Made by a program: the position numbers and the translations under genes
The notes under the pieces: generated by a model
Databases searched by the model: none
The model's input: only the letters and a program-made list of their open reading frames with translations
What the model was told of the DNA's origin: nothing
In this document: positions 54,741-64,000 of the stretch, one piece after another
Layout: every line of letters begins with the position of its first letter
Numbering within the stretch: position 1 is the stretch's first letter
NCBI GenBank assembly: GCA_965216465.1
Contig: CBDCFW010000005.1
Location: 352,001-416,000 of the forward strand
DNA length: 64,000 nt
Direction: 5' to 3'
Source of the DNA: Bacteroidia bacterium
GTDB lineage: Bacteria; Bacteroidota; Bacteroidia; NS11-12g; UBA9320

Positions 54741-57062
54741 ATGAAATCTATTTTACTTTGCTTTTCCCTGTTGCTTTCTGTTTCTGTGTTTGGTCAATAC
54801 AGCAATCCGTATCGAATGACCTACGATGGTTCTAACTATCTTATCACTAACAAAGGCAACGGAACCGTTAGCAAACTTAACAGTTCCTTCACACATAGTA
54901 CAGTAATAACCGGATTACATTCTCCTAACGATATATTGTATGGCTCAATTGGAATAAATACAGCCTTGGTTGTTATTGACAGTAACCAAATAAAGCTTTT
55001 TGATCCGAACACCTATGCTCCATTCATCAATATTGCCATTCCGGGTGCTGTTGAGGCTCATGACGGACTCTTTGACCTCTTAAACCCCGACACTTTTTTC
55101 ATTAGCGACAGAGGTGGAGATAAAATAATGCGAGGTGTTGTGGGGAATCCACCCTTCTTCCCTATCACCTATGATACTTTGGCTTCAAATATTTACAGAC
55201 CTGCAGGAATGATGTTTGATGACAATGGAGATATCATTGTAGTAAGTGATTCAACAAATGCAAAGATTTATAAAGTAAGTACTTCAACTGGAGCAGTAAC
55301 TGTGTTAAGAAGTACTTCTCTAAACTATCTTAATGATATTGCTCGTGACAATCAAGGTAATTATTACATAACGTGTTGGGGTGATAACAATCTCTATCGA
55401 TTTGATGACACTTTAGGTTCTCAGTATGTTACTACGACCTTCAATAACCCAAGTGGACTTTACTCGAATTTAACCTATGACTTTTTAGGGCTGTGCTGCT
55501 ACAATTGTCAAAAAGTGGAGTTTAAATATTATCATTTGTTCTCGCCTTTAGCAGATGTTTATACCTGTCAAGAAGATAGCTTTTATGTCGACTTCACCCC
55601 TGCTTATAAAGGAATTGGAACCTACGAAGCCAACAACAAGTTTCTAGTAGAAGTCAGTGATAGTTTCGGAGGATTTACAAATCCAACTGTTATTGGTGTT
55701 GACTCTACAGCCATAAGGCCTGCAAGTATTGCTTGCAAACTTGATGAAGAAAAATATGCTAATTCAGGCCACTTTTATCGAATTCGGTCAACACACCCTG
55801 AAGTCACCAGTTATTTTATCAAAGCATTAAATATAAATCCATCACCTAAGGTTCAACTTTCACCTTTAAATCCCGAAGTTATATGCACAGGATCTACTTT
55901 AGTGCTGGGTGAAAATGCAACAACAAACAGAAGGTTTACTTGGTCTCCGGCCATAAATTTAAATGATTCAACTAGTGCTCAACCTAGCTTTAACTCGGCT
56001 GTAAGCGGAAGCTTTGATTACAGCTTGCATGTGGAAGACACCGTAACAGGATGTACTTACCTTGATAGCTTAACCATTTTGGTAAATCCTGAGCTTCAGC
56101 TCAACAAACTAAGTGACTCTCTGGCAATTTGCCTTGGAGATACCACTTCGCTACAGGTAGATGACCATCCTTTTATTTTCAACTGGACGGGAATTGGACT
56201 GAGTGACAACAGCATAGCAAATCCTGATTTTTATGGAGTAGTTTCAACCACAGCTTTTGTGTCATTTTCTGACAGCAACAATACGTGTAGTGGAATTGAC
56301 AGTGTATATATAAAAGTAAACCCAATACCCGATTATTCATTTATCACACAGCAGCCAACATTCTGTGAGAACGATACAGTTGTACTGAAGTCATACAAAG
56401 ACAGCATTTACAATCTTGTAGAGACCCCAGAATGGCCGCTTTCCTTTTTAGGTTCGGGAGGAAGTGAAACTTATTTCAAGGCCGATTCGGTAGGAAGTCA
56501 TAACTATTTAACGACTGTAACCGATACAACAACGGGTTGCATTCAAGAAGAATTATTGTCAGTTGTAGTACTTAACACTCCTGATTCTTTAGTTCTGAGT
56601 TTAGATACCTCCAATAAATTTTACAGTGCTACGGTGTTCGGTTCAACAGACAACGGAAACTTGGTTTGGTATGTTAATGAAGAGGACTTAGCGACAGGTC
56701 AAGACACGCTTCACACGAGCCAGCTGGCAGATGAAGATACCATTCACGTTGAATGGAAAGGATTTGATGAATGTGGTGCATTTTCTAACCAATTGGTTTA
56801 TGAAAAACCGGTTAATGGGATTGATGAAAGATTCATTGACTTCTCCATCCACCCAAACCCAAGTACTGGAGTATTAAAACTAACGTCTAGTGATCAATTG
56901 CATACCATTGATGTTATAAATTCTCAAGGTCAAGTTGTATTTAGCAGAAATGTTGATGGGCTTGAACAGACCCTAAACTTAGGACACTTGGCTAAAGGAC
57001 TATATGTTGTTCGAGTTCACAATTCGATTGGATATGGAACTCAAACTATCGTGCTTCATTAA
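54741..57062 (+). CDS. T9SS type A CTD cargo protein (propeller-like N-terminus and Ig/PKD-like repeats)
   Basis: Signal peptide; ICTGSTL/ICLGDTT/FCENDTV repeats; CTD FSIHPNPSTG...LAKGLYVVRV. Confidence 0.8.
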   Translation: MKSILLCFSLLLSVSVFGQYSNPYRMTYDGSNYLITNKGNGTVSKLNSSFTHSTVITGLHSPNDILYGSIGINTALVVIDSNQIKLFDPNTYAPFINIAIPGAVEAHDGLFDLLNPDTFFISDRGGDKIMRGVVGNPPFFPITYDTLASNIYRPAGMMFDDNGDIIVVSDSTNAKIYKVSTSTGAVTVLRSTSLNYLNDIARDNQGNYYITCWGDNNLYRFDDTLGSQYVTTTFNNPSGLYSNLTYDFLGLCCYNCQKVEFKYYHLFSPLADVYTCQEDSFYVDFTPAYKGIGTYEANNKFLVEVSDSFGGFTNPTVIGVDSTAIRPASIACKLDEEKYANSGHFYRIRSTHPEVTSYFIKALNINPSPKVQLSPLNPEVICTGSTLVLGENATTNRRFTWSPAINLNDSTSAQPSFNSAVSGSFDYSLHVEDTVTGCTYLDSLTILVNPELQLNKLSDSLAICLGDTTSLQVDDHPFIFNWTGIGLSDNSIANPDFYGVVSTTAFVSFSDSNNTCSGIDSVYIKVNPIPDYSFITQQPTFCENDTVVLKSYKDSIYNLVETPEWPLSFLGSGGSETYFKADSVGSHNYLTTVTDTTTGCIQEELLSVVVLNTPDSLVLSLDTSNKFYSATVFGSTDNGNLVWYVNEEDLATGQDTLHTSQLADEDTIHVEWKGFDECGAFSNQLVYEKPVNGIDERFIDFSIHPNPSTGVLKLTSSDQLHTIDVINSQGQVVFSRNVDGLEQTLNLGHLAKGLYVVRVHNSIGYGTQTIVLH

Positions 57063-57928
57063 AGCCAGGCCACTCCTAGAACAAATATCAGAATTAGAAG
57101 TTGAAGCAATCGATGCATGGGTTTGATGTTGCGATCGATTAAAAGCAGTAGTGTAAGTTTTAGGATTAAGATTAATCCAATCACCATAAAGAATTCCTCT
57201 TTGCCATTGATCCAAAGAAAAGCAGCATCCACCAAAATGCTAAATAAAATTATTACTTGAAAAATTCGTTTGCTCGCAACGATTCCAATACTCGTGGTAA
57301 TGCTTTCATAACCATAAACCACGTCTCCTTTTACCCCTTTTATGTCTTTATACAACTCCCGAGCAAATAGAACTAAGAAAAGACTTGACCCAAACAGAAA
57401 GAGGTCTATACTCAACATTTTGTAGTACAACACCAGACTAAAGAAAGCCATTACAGTAAGAAAACTTGCACTCAATTCACGTATCAACACCAGTCTGCTC
57501 AGCTTGTGTGAGTAGAACCAAAGCAAGAAGGCGTATACCAAAAAGAACAAGAAAATATTGAACGAGGCATACAGTGCAATTCCTAAAGCTAGGGTATTTA
57601 GCAAGAAATACAGCCTGAGTTTAAATCCCCTACTCACCAAATTTTGAAACCGTGTGCGGTAGGGTCGATTGACCATATCCTTTTCAATATCGTAGAAATT
57701 ATTGATGATGTATCCTGCTGCAAGCACCAAAGAAGTTGAAAGAATAATCAAGTGTACTTTGACTTCTGCTAGCGATCTCCAAATATCTTCTTTTACATTA
57801 AATGCAAAAAGAAATGCTATGTATTGAGCAACTAAAACCAGCAATACATTCTTCCATCTCACGGAAGACATTAATGCAATAAGTTTTAAAATTACAGAGT
57901 CACGTTTTTGAGATGAAGACGGACTCAA
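57059..57928 (-). CDS. UbiA family prenyltransferase (DGGGP-synthase-like)
   Basis: AAGYIINNFYDIEKDMVNRP and RELYKDIKGVKGD Asp-rich motifs; multiple TM segments. Confidence 0.85.
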   Translation of the reverse strand: MSPSSSQKRDSVILKLIALMSSVRWKNVLLVLVAQYIAFLFAFNVKEDIWRSLAEVKVHLIILSTSLVLAAGYIINNFYDIEKDMVNRPYRTRFQNLVSRGFKLRLYFLLNTLALGIALYASFNIFLFFLVYAFLLWFYSHKLSRLVLIRELSASFLTVMAFFSLVLYYKMLSIDLFLFGSSLFLVLFARELYKDIKGVKGDVVYGYESITTSIGIVASKRIFQVIILFSILVDAAFLWINGKEEFFMVIGLILILKLTLLLLIDRNIKPMHRLLQLLILIFVLGVAWL

Positions 57929-57932
57929 AACC

Positions 57933-58862
57933 TTAGATTTTTTGTACGAGTTCCAATTGATAGCCTCTCAACTGGTCTTGAGCTTTATCGAAGTCACGCG
58001 TAAATCCTAAGATGTAACCCCCTCCTCCACTTCCGCAGAGTTTAAGGTAGTAGTCTCCAGACTCTATTCCGGCTTTCCAAACATCTTTAAATGCTTCCGG
58101 AATCATTGGGCTAAAGTTTTTCAATAGTAAAGAAGAGAGTTGTTTCAAATTGCTAAACAATGGCGAGAAGTCTCCTTTCAAGAAGGACTTGATACATTCG
58201 TCGTTGTATCGCTTCAATTCGTGCTTAACCATGTTTCTGAAACCTTGCTCTTTCATGCGTTCCATAAATAACTGAACCATCGGTTGAGTTTCGCCAGGAA
58301 CGTTTGTATTCAGTAAGAAGATTGCTCCCTTACTTTCAGTAGTTTCTTGTGGAATTCCTACGGTATCCAATTCTTCTTTAGACTTGATTACAACAGGAAG
58401 ATTTAGATAGCAAATTAATGGATCAAGACCCGAGCTCTTTCCGTGGAAATGAGATTCCATCTGTCCAAAAATAGACTTTAACTTCTTTAGCTCTTTCTTA
58501 GAAACATTCTCAGGGTCAATTTTGCTAACCGCATACTTATCATAAATCGCGGCAACAAGAGCTCCTGAACTTCCAACTCCAAATCCTTGAGGAATTGTAG
58601 AATCAAATGCCAACCCACTTAGCAGGTCGCTTTTGAAAGTCGCTAAATCAAGTTTTGTATGGGCTACACCAGTTACCTCAAGATATGATAAATAGGTATA
58701 GAAGGTTCTTAGATGCTCATTCGACTCTGAGTACTTGTCTTCTGCAAAGTGAAATTTACCCTTGTAAAAATTGTAAGGAATAGACAAGCCCATGGCATCT
58801 TGAATAATACCGTACTCGCCAAATAATAAAATCTTACTATAGAACAGTGATTCTTTAATCAT
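57933..58862 (-). CDS. Mevalonate kinase (GHMP family)
   Basis: SKILLFGEY; IPQGFGVGSSGA; HGKSSGLD; KLCGSGGGG. Confidence 0.88.
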   Translation of the reverse strand: MIKESLFYSKILLFGEYGIIQDAMGLSIPYNFYKGKFHFAEDKYSESNEHLRTFYTYLSYLEVTGVAHTKLDLATFKSDLLSGLAFDSTIPQGFGVGSSGALVAAIYDKYAVSKIDPENVSKKELKKLKSIFGQMESHFHGKSSGLDPLICYLNLPVVIKSKEELDTVGIPQETTESKGAIFLLNTNVPGETQPMVQLFMERMKEQGFRNMVKHELKRYNDECIKSFLKGDFSPLFSNLKQLSSLLLKNFSPMIPEAFKDVWKAGIESGDYYLKLCGSGGGGYILGFTRDFDKAQDQLRGYQLELVQKI

Positions 58863-59892
58863 TTCCTTCAAGTTTTACTGGTCCAAAACCAACTTGGTCG
58901 CAAATATACGCACCATTTTGGCATAATGGCCTTAACTCCTTATCAACAAATTCCATGGCCTTTTGTTCATCCTGCTTAGGATAAAGGAAATGAACATTGG
59001 CTCCGGCGTCAAGTGTAAAACACCATTTCACTCTAGTTTCACGACGTATTTCCCAAATTTTTTCGATGATAGTAAGTGTGTTTGGCTTCATCAAAATAAA
59101 ATAGGGATTGCTACTCATCATCAAAGAATGCAGTGTAAGTGCCTCACTTTCAACTATTTCTATAAATTTATCCAAATCGCCATTTGATAGCACCTCTTTC
59201 AATTTACTCATATTAAGTTGAGCATGTTCAAATCGTGCTGACGCAAATGGATGATCGTTAATTAGATTATGGCCAACGGTGCTACTAACTTCTTTTTGGC
59301 CTTGATGAACCAATAAAATCGTATCGCAGAAATCGTTGAAAACTGGATGAATGTCGCTATATGCAATGGCATAATCATCGCTGCTTCCTTCAAAATCAGG
59401 GTGTATCCCCCACTCTGCTAGTGGACCAAATATCGATCTGCTTGCACTTCCGCTCCCTAACCTAGCCAGTTTTGATGCCAGTTGAAAATTGTCTTCTTGT
59501 AGAACACCAAGCTGTTTTGCAATATCGCAAATGCAAAGGGCTAATGCACTCATACCGCTCGCACTGCTCGCTATACCGCTGCTGTGTGGAAAGCTATTGG
59601 TTGTTTCTACCTTAAACTTTCCGGATTTAACAAATGGAAATTCAGCTGAAATACGATCTAAAAACTGTTCAATCTTAGGAATAAAACTTGGTGTATTCTC
59701 ACCATCTAAATACACTTGTATTTCTCTTGTGGAAGAATCCTCGTAAGTTAAATGTGTTTCTGTCGCACACTTGCTCAAAGTAAAACTGATTGATGAATTT
59801 GCTGGAAGTTGAACTCCATCAATCTTTTTTCCCCAGTACTTCACTAAAGCAATGTTCGATGGACTTTTCCAAGCTGCTGAATACGTGGTCAT
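58855..59892 (-). CDS. mvaD: Diphosphomevalonate decarboxylase
   Basis: PSNIALVKYWGK; FPHSSGIASSASG; RLGSGSASRS; TLDAGANVH. Confidence 0.92.
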   Translation of the reverse strand: MTTYSAAWKSPSNIALVKYWGKKIDGVQLPANSSISFTLSKCATETHLTYEDSSTREIQVYLDGENTPSFIPKIEQFLDRISAEFPFVKSGKFKVETTNSFPHSSGIASSASGMSALALCICDIAKQLGVLQEDNFQLASKLARLGSGSASRSIFGPLAEWGIHPDFEGSSDDYAIAYSDIHPVFNDFCDTILLVHQGQKEVSSTVGHNLINDHPFASARFEHAQLNMSKLKEVLSNGDLDKFIEIVESEALTLHSLMMSSNPYFILMKPNTLTIIEKIWEIRRETRVKWCFTLDAGANVHFLYPKQDEQKAMEFVDKELRPLCQNGAYICDQVGFGPVKLEGND

Positions 59893-59913
59893 TTTAATGC
59901 GGCAAATGTAATG

Positions 59914-60837
59914 CTATTTGATAAGCTGTGAATAGGTTAACACCGTTGAGTAACCTTTGTTTTCAAAATAGGCTGGTGTGTTTTCATCGCCACAAGCCAA
60001 AATAAAGTCACCACCCCAAGCACCTAAAGACTTTATAGCAAATCCATAATCCGAGAAATACAATTCTTTTACGGGTTGAAGCCCAACTACCTCAGAGACA
60101 ATTTTTTCATGCTTGGTTATGAGCTCTTGAAACTCATCGAAATCTTCACAAACTGAAATCAGGTCTGTGATATTTGAAATTTCCTGAATAAGTACTGAAT
60201 CAACTTTTAATTCTTTATAGCGCTTAACAGCTTCACTGCTGTCTTTCTTTTGGTTGAGATGAACAAAATACAATTGGTCTTTAAAGGCCGGATTAAAAAC
60301 ATAACCTTCCCATAATTCAGCACTTCTAAATAGTACATCGGTACCGGTCATGCCTACTGCAATATCATAACCGCTACCGCCAAAAGTAGCAGCAGAAATC
60401 TCAAAAGCATCTACTTCGGCCCACTTGGCAATGTTGCAAATGAGGGTTGAACTGCTGCCCAAACCCCAATCGTTTGGAAAATCGAGATGTGACTGCACCT
60501 CGTAAATCCCCTCTTGTAAAAAGCTTGGATTCATACGCAATGCTTCATTTAACAATTTGGTAAGTCTTTCAGTAGTAAGATCGATAACACAATCAACTTC
60601 GCACACTGCTTCAACCTTGGCATCGTTTCCTGTGGTGAAACTAAATTCTTGTGTGTACCATAACTCACCATTAGTATCAAACGCCTGCCAATATATGGTA
60701 TTAGTATCTTGATTTGCGTGATGATGTACACCTAACGATTGTCCCAGTTTAGTGGGTATAGCGAGAGCCAAAGCCTCATCTAAAACGAGGTATTCTCCTG
60801 AGATTAACAGCTTACCGGGTGAAAAATACGTTTGCAC
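59914..60837 (-). CDS. GYDIA-type GHMP kinase (probable phosphomevalonate kinase)
   Basis: GKLLISGEY; WGLGSSS; GSGYDIA; KSLGAWGGDF; clustered with the mevalonate genes. Confidence 0.8.
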   Translation of the reverse strand: MQTYFSPGKLLISGEYLVLDEALALAIPTKLGQSLGVHHHANQDTNTIYWQAFDTNGELWYTQEFSFTTGNDAKVEAVCEVDCVIDLTTERLTKLLNEALRMNPSFLQEGIYEVQSHLDFPNDWGLGSSSTLICNIAKWAEVDAFEISAATFGGSGYDIAVGMTGTDVLFRSAELWEGYVFNPAFKDQLYFVHLNQKKDSSEAVKRYKELKVDSVLIQEISNITDLISVCEDFDEFQELITKHEKIVSEVVGLQPVKELYFSDYGFAIKSLGAWGGDFILACGDENTPAYFENKGYSTVLTYSQLIK

Positions 60838-60913
60838 GAAGACAAAGTTAATCTGAAAAATTGGTTAGAGGGTGGGTATTTCAGAAAACACACTTTACTT
60901 TAACAAGATGGGT

Positions 60914-61651
60914 TCACTCGCAAGAATATTTAAACCAAGTGGTATCAGCATTGACTTCGCCTATTACCTTACCATCAGTATCATATATGTATTGATATTC
61001 ACCAAATCCACCGTTTGGCCAGGTTGCATTTAGTCTATTATTCCTATCAACAAACGGATGGCTCAAAGAAGGAATTCCACAATAAACATATTGGGCCTCG
61101 TCATGTTTATATTCTCTTATTGACAGATAATCTTCTTCATTAATCGCACCATCGTAATTCCGATCAATTCTAACCTCCCTTTTTACTATATTTCCATTTT
61201 CATATGTAATAACTTCAATCCAATTTGGCATTGTTTCCTTTGCCCTATAATGCCATATGGTGTCTTTGCCTTCGCGATGAATACTCATTATCCACGTGTT
61301 CAACAAGGTATCCTTGTAAGACTTAACAATTCTATAGCCCACAGAATCTAGGTCTATTTCATAATTTGAACCATCTCGCCAGGTTACTCTTTGCAGGATA
61401 TCATTATTCCAATAGTAAGTCTGTTCTGGAACTAGAATAGTATCGTACATTGTATAAGATTGTTTAACTCGTCCTAATGAATCGTAGTCCCAAAGAACTT
61501 TAAATGTTCGAAATACTGCAGTGTCTAAACGGCAACCACAATCTGCTAAATCGGAATAAGACGCTTTTTTATGGTCTGGGGTATCTTCTTTTTCAGCACA
61601 TGCTGAAAGAAGTGCAAAAGCAATAATGAGGTAGGCGATATTCTTTGTCAT
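60914..61651 (-). CDS. Lipoprotein, hypothetical, with YD-like motifs
   Basis: Lipobox LSAC; WDYDSLGRV; YIYDTDGKV; C-terminal YSCE. Confidence 0.65.
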   Translation of the reverse strand: MTKNIAYLIIAFALLSACAEKEDTPDHKKASYSDLADCGCRLDTAVFRTFKVLWDYDSLGRVKQSYTMYDTILVPEQTYYWNNDILQRVTWRDGSNYEIDLDSVGYRIVKSYKDTLLNTWIMSIHREGKDTIWHYRAKETMPNWIEVITYENGNIVKREVRIDRNYDGAINEEDYLSIREYKHDEAQYVYCGIPSLSHPFVDRNNRLNATWPNGGFGEYQYIYDTDGKVIGEVNADTTWFKYSCE

Positions 61652-61705
61652 TTAGATAGTCAGTTTGATGAATAGACCACTTTCTTTAAATAACTGTTGC
61701 AAGAA

Positions 61706-62656
61706 CTAAAGCTCAACAACAAAATACTTGTAATGCCATGTCAGATAGTTTTTATCCAATCGGTGACCTTTGGAATACAACATTCGCTCGGTCAACACTT
61801 CATTCTTCCATGTAAAAAATTCATCAAAATTTCCAACTCTTGCTCTTGTTATTACTGTGTCTAAGAATCCAAGATCTGAATAGGAATATGTTCGATGATA
61901 ACCATCAGAATTTATAGGGTCGTATTCAACAGACCGTAGTTTACCATCATCTGTATAGGTATAATTAAAGATCATTACAGTATCACCAAATCTCCCTAAA
62001 ACTAATTGTTGTTTACATTTAGGATGAAATTGATCAAAGCTAGTTGCACACCAAAAGTTGATGTGGTGCTGATGTCCTCCATTTATTTCGTTGTAGGAAT
62101 AAACAGACCTTACTACCTGTTTGCCATTACCATACACGAGCTTCTCCATAGGGAGATTGTCTTTCATAATGTACCGAAAAAACGAACTACTCTTTAGTTC
62201 CCAATCCTTGTTTTTCCTATCATACCTTGTCGTCCTGCGATGTTCACCATTCGTTATTTGAAGTTCGTTTTTTGTCATTTGCCCTGATACTGAGTAATGA
62301 TAAATATGAGCGTTTGATGCATTGTAGAACTTAATAAATTCTTCCTCCAATTCTCTGATTTTCTGTGGAATTGTAAGTGAATCAATCGTAAGGTAAATAA
62401 AATTATTGTGCCGATATGACCCAACCATTATTTTTAACTTCTTATGGAAAATGTAGATTCCTTCAAGAGTTGAATCTGAAAGAGAAACGTGAAATGTCAA
62501 CGAATCTGAAGGTATACTGTCATAAACATTCGAAGTATTATAAGAATAACACTTCAGCACCACGAGATCCTTCATATCATATTCTCTCTCAATCTGTGCG
62601 AAGGATGATAGACTGCAGACAAGAAAAAATATAGTTAAGAGTTGCTTCAGTGTCAT
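61706..62656 (-). CDS. Exported hypothetical protein with YD-like motifs
   Basis: Signal peptide SFA-Q; YTYTDDGKL; YSYSDLG; TAACTTTG box at 62661-62668. Confidence 0.6.
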   Translation of the reverse strand: MTLKQLLTIFFLVCSLSSFAQIEREYDMKDLVVLKCYSYNTSNVYDSIPSDSLTFHVSLSDSTLEGIYIFHKKLKIMVGSYRHNNFIYLTIDSLTIPQKIRELEEEFIKFYNASNAHIYHYSVSGQMTKNELQITNGEHRRTTRYDRKNKDWELKSSSFFRYIMKDNLPMEKLVYGNGKQVVRSVYSYNEINGGHQHHINFWCATSFDQFHPKCKQQLVLGRFGDTVMIFNYTYTDDGKLRSVEYDPINSDGYHRTYSYSDLGFLDTVITRARVGNFDEFFTWKNEVLTERMLYSKGHRLDKNYLTWHYKYFVVEL

Positions 62657-62700
62657 TTTTCAAAGTTAGGAAAAATAAAATCACCTAAATTTGAATTCTA

Positions 62701-63171
62701 ATGAAAACCTCAGCTCTCTTTACTCTTTTCGTTTTATGGTCTATTGCAGCATTCAGCCAAATTAACTATGACAGTCTTTTAAGTTTAAAGGATAACAATA
62801 TTGAAGAAAGTTTAGTGATTAAAGCCGGATTGGATTCGGATACATTTAACTTTAACTTACTTTCATACACAACATCAAATAATACCACCCAAGAGGTTCA
62901 ATACAACACAAACTATCAGTTTCAAAGAAATACCGTTTCTGTTACAGTTGATACCGTAAGCTTTGATTGCTCTGCTCAACACCTTAGAAACGCACAGAAC
63001 GAAATAAGTTCGTATAGAATTCAAGTAACATGCGACTTACGGGACCTTTGGGAGCTTCATAGGATTGATGGGGAGTTCGATACTTTCAAATTTTACTCTT
63101 CACAAAGCAAAAAAGGAAGACCCTTAAAAAAGCCAAGGTATTATCGGTCATTCATTGGGACAATTCAATAG
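62701..63171 (+). CDS. Exported hypothetical protein
   Basis: Signal peptide AFS-Q; TAAATTTG box at 62686-62693. Confidence 0.6.
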   Translation: MKTSALFTLFVLWSIAAFSQINYDSLLSLKDNNIEESLVIKAGLDSDTFNFNLLSYTTSNNTTQEVQYNTNYQFQRNTVSVTVDTVSFDCSAQHLRNAQNEISSYRIQVTCDLRDLWELHRIDGEFDTFKFYSSQSKKGRPLKKPRYYRSFIGTIQ

Positions 63172-63595
63172 AATCTATTTAGGCTTTATGCAGTTCCCAA
63201 TAGTCAACATATTCGAAAAGTGGAAGAATGAAGATGTTCTGGAATACATTCTGTTTGACCCGTACATATACACAAGAAGCGAAAAACTTTTTGACAAATA
63301 TTTTCGAAATAAAAAGTTCTGTGACTGCAAGGGTGATCTTTACCAAGTGGTAGGCAAGAATAGAAACGTCCCGGTTTGGCGACGTATTTTCTTTTTCCTA
63401 CCCAATGTTTATAGAGAACTTCTATTGTTCAAAAAACTTGAGCAAAGCATATCACTTAATGAAGCAAAACAATTATTGAAACAACACTCTTGCTCTCTAA
63501 ATTCAGTAGAGCTTGAAAATCAATTTAAAAATGCCAAAAGCTTTAAAGAGTTGTTTGATGGTTCGAAATCTTTACTGTTAATTAACTTTCTGTGA
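63155..63595 (+). CDS. Hypothetical protein
   Basis: 146-aa ORF overlapping the previous stop; the start may be the downstream ATG (MQFPIV). Confidence 0.5.
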   Translation: MGQFNRIYLGFMQFPIVNIFEKWKNEDVLEYILFDPYIYTRSEKLFDKYFRNKKFCDCKGDLYQVVGKNRNVPVWRRIFFFLPNVYRELLLFKKLEQSISLNEAKQLLKQHSCSLNSVELENQFKNAKSFKELFDGSKSLLLINFL

Positions 63596-63622
63596 GTCAG
63601 AAGCTGTTAACTTTGGAAGTCT

Positions 63623-64000
63623 ATGAGAATCCTTCAATTCGTAATCTTTATTCTATGCATAGGATCTTTAATCGGTTGTGATTTCAGTTGCCCCGCAGAC
63701 GAAACAGGACCAAATCCTTACACCTTTGAAGTTTTAGACAGTACTACTTTACGCAACATAATTAATGATTCGGCCTACTCTGAAGCCGATATATCCATTA
63801 CTCACTTGGAGACATCAGGAAAAGTAGACTTTGAGCTATATAACGGCTTTATTTCAATCCCCGAGCTTGAGGAAACAGGAACTTTATATCTTCAAATAAA
63901 ATTGGGCAAACGCAAACCGTTTAAGTTCTACATTGAAGAAGAGTACTTTCGAATAGACAAGTGCCAAGATGGAATGGAGTTAATTGAAAGTCGTATAGAA
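63623..64000 (+). CDS. Lipoprotein, hypothetical (partial; runs off the window edge)
   Basis: Manual translation MRILQFVILILCIGSLIGCDFSCPADETGPNPYTFEV..., open to the end; TAACTTTG box at 63608-63615. Confidence 0.6.
   Translation, partial: MRILQFVIFILCIGSLIGCDFSCPADETGPNPYTFEVLDSTTLRNIINDSAYSEADISITHLETSGKVDFELYNGFISIPELEETGTLYLQIKLGKRKPFKFYIEEEYFRIDKCQDGMELIESRIE

Noticed and set aside
51246-62656. RHS/YD polymorphic toxin system
   Set aside because: The proteins are short, with no RHS core (DPxG) or toxin domain visible

Overview
This is a core chromosomal region of a Bacteroidota bacterium, shown by TAnnTTTG -7 promoter boxes, no Shine-Dalgarno motifs, T9SS genes and a Flavobacterium-type mevalonate cluster. 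In order it holds: partial secDF, udk, a TetR-TolC-MFP-RND efflux operon, an M42 peptidase, two LuxR-HTH regulators and an ArsC/Spx-like gene, the full str-S10-spc-alpha ribosomal protein supercluster (rpmJ and rpmD are missing from the ORF track), bshB1, recO, porZ, lipA-methyltransferase-YfhO, one rrn operon (16S-Ile-Ala-23S-5S, minus strand), purH, an Omp85-like protein, rocD, miaB, paralogous lipoproteins, a T9SS cargo protein, the mevalonate genes with a UbiA prenyltransferase, and hypothetical genes. I found no mobile element, CRISPR array or defence system. The most notable observations are: (1) a 93-bp-period tandem array upstream of the rrn operon whose units carry a full promoter, most with a boxA, giving five stacked promoters; (2) a kinase-less LuxR pair with a Cys-substituted pseudo-receiver and TACCC..GGGTA palindromes; (3) a DGGGP-synthase-like UbiA gene coupled to the mevalonate genes; and (4) a lipoprotein family with cysteines at both ends. 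All calls come from reading the sequence; no database searches were run.
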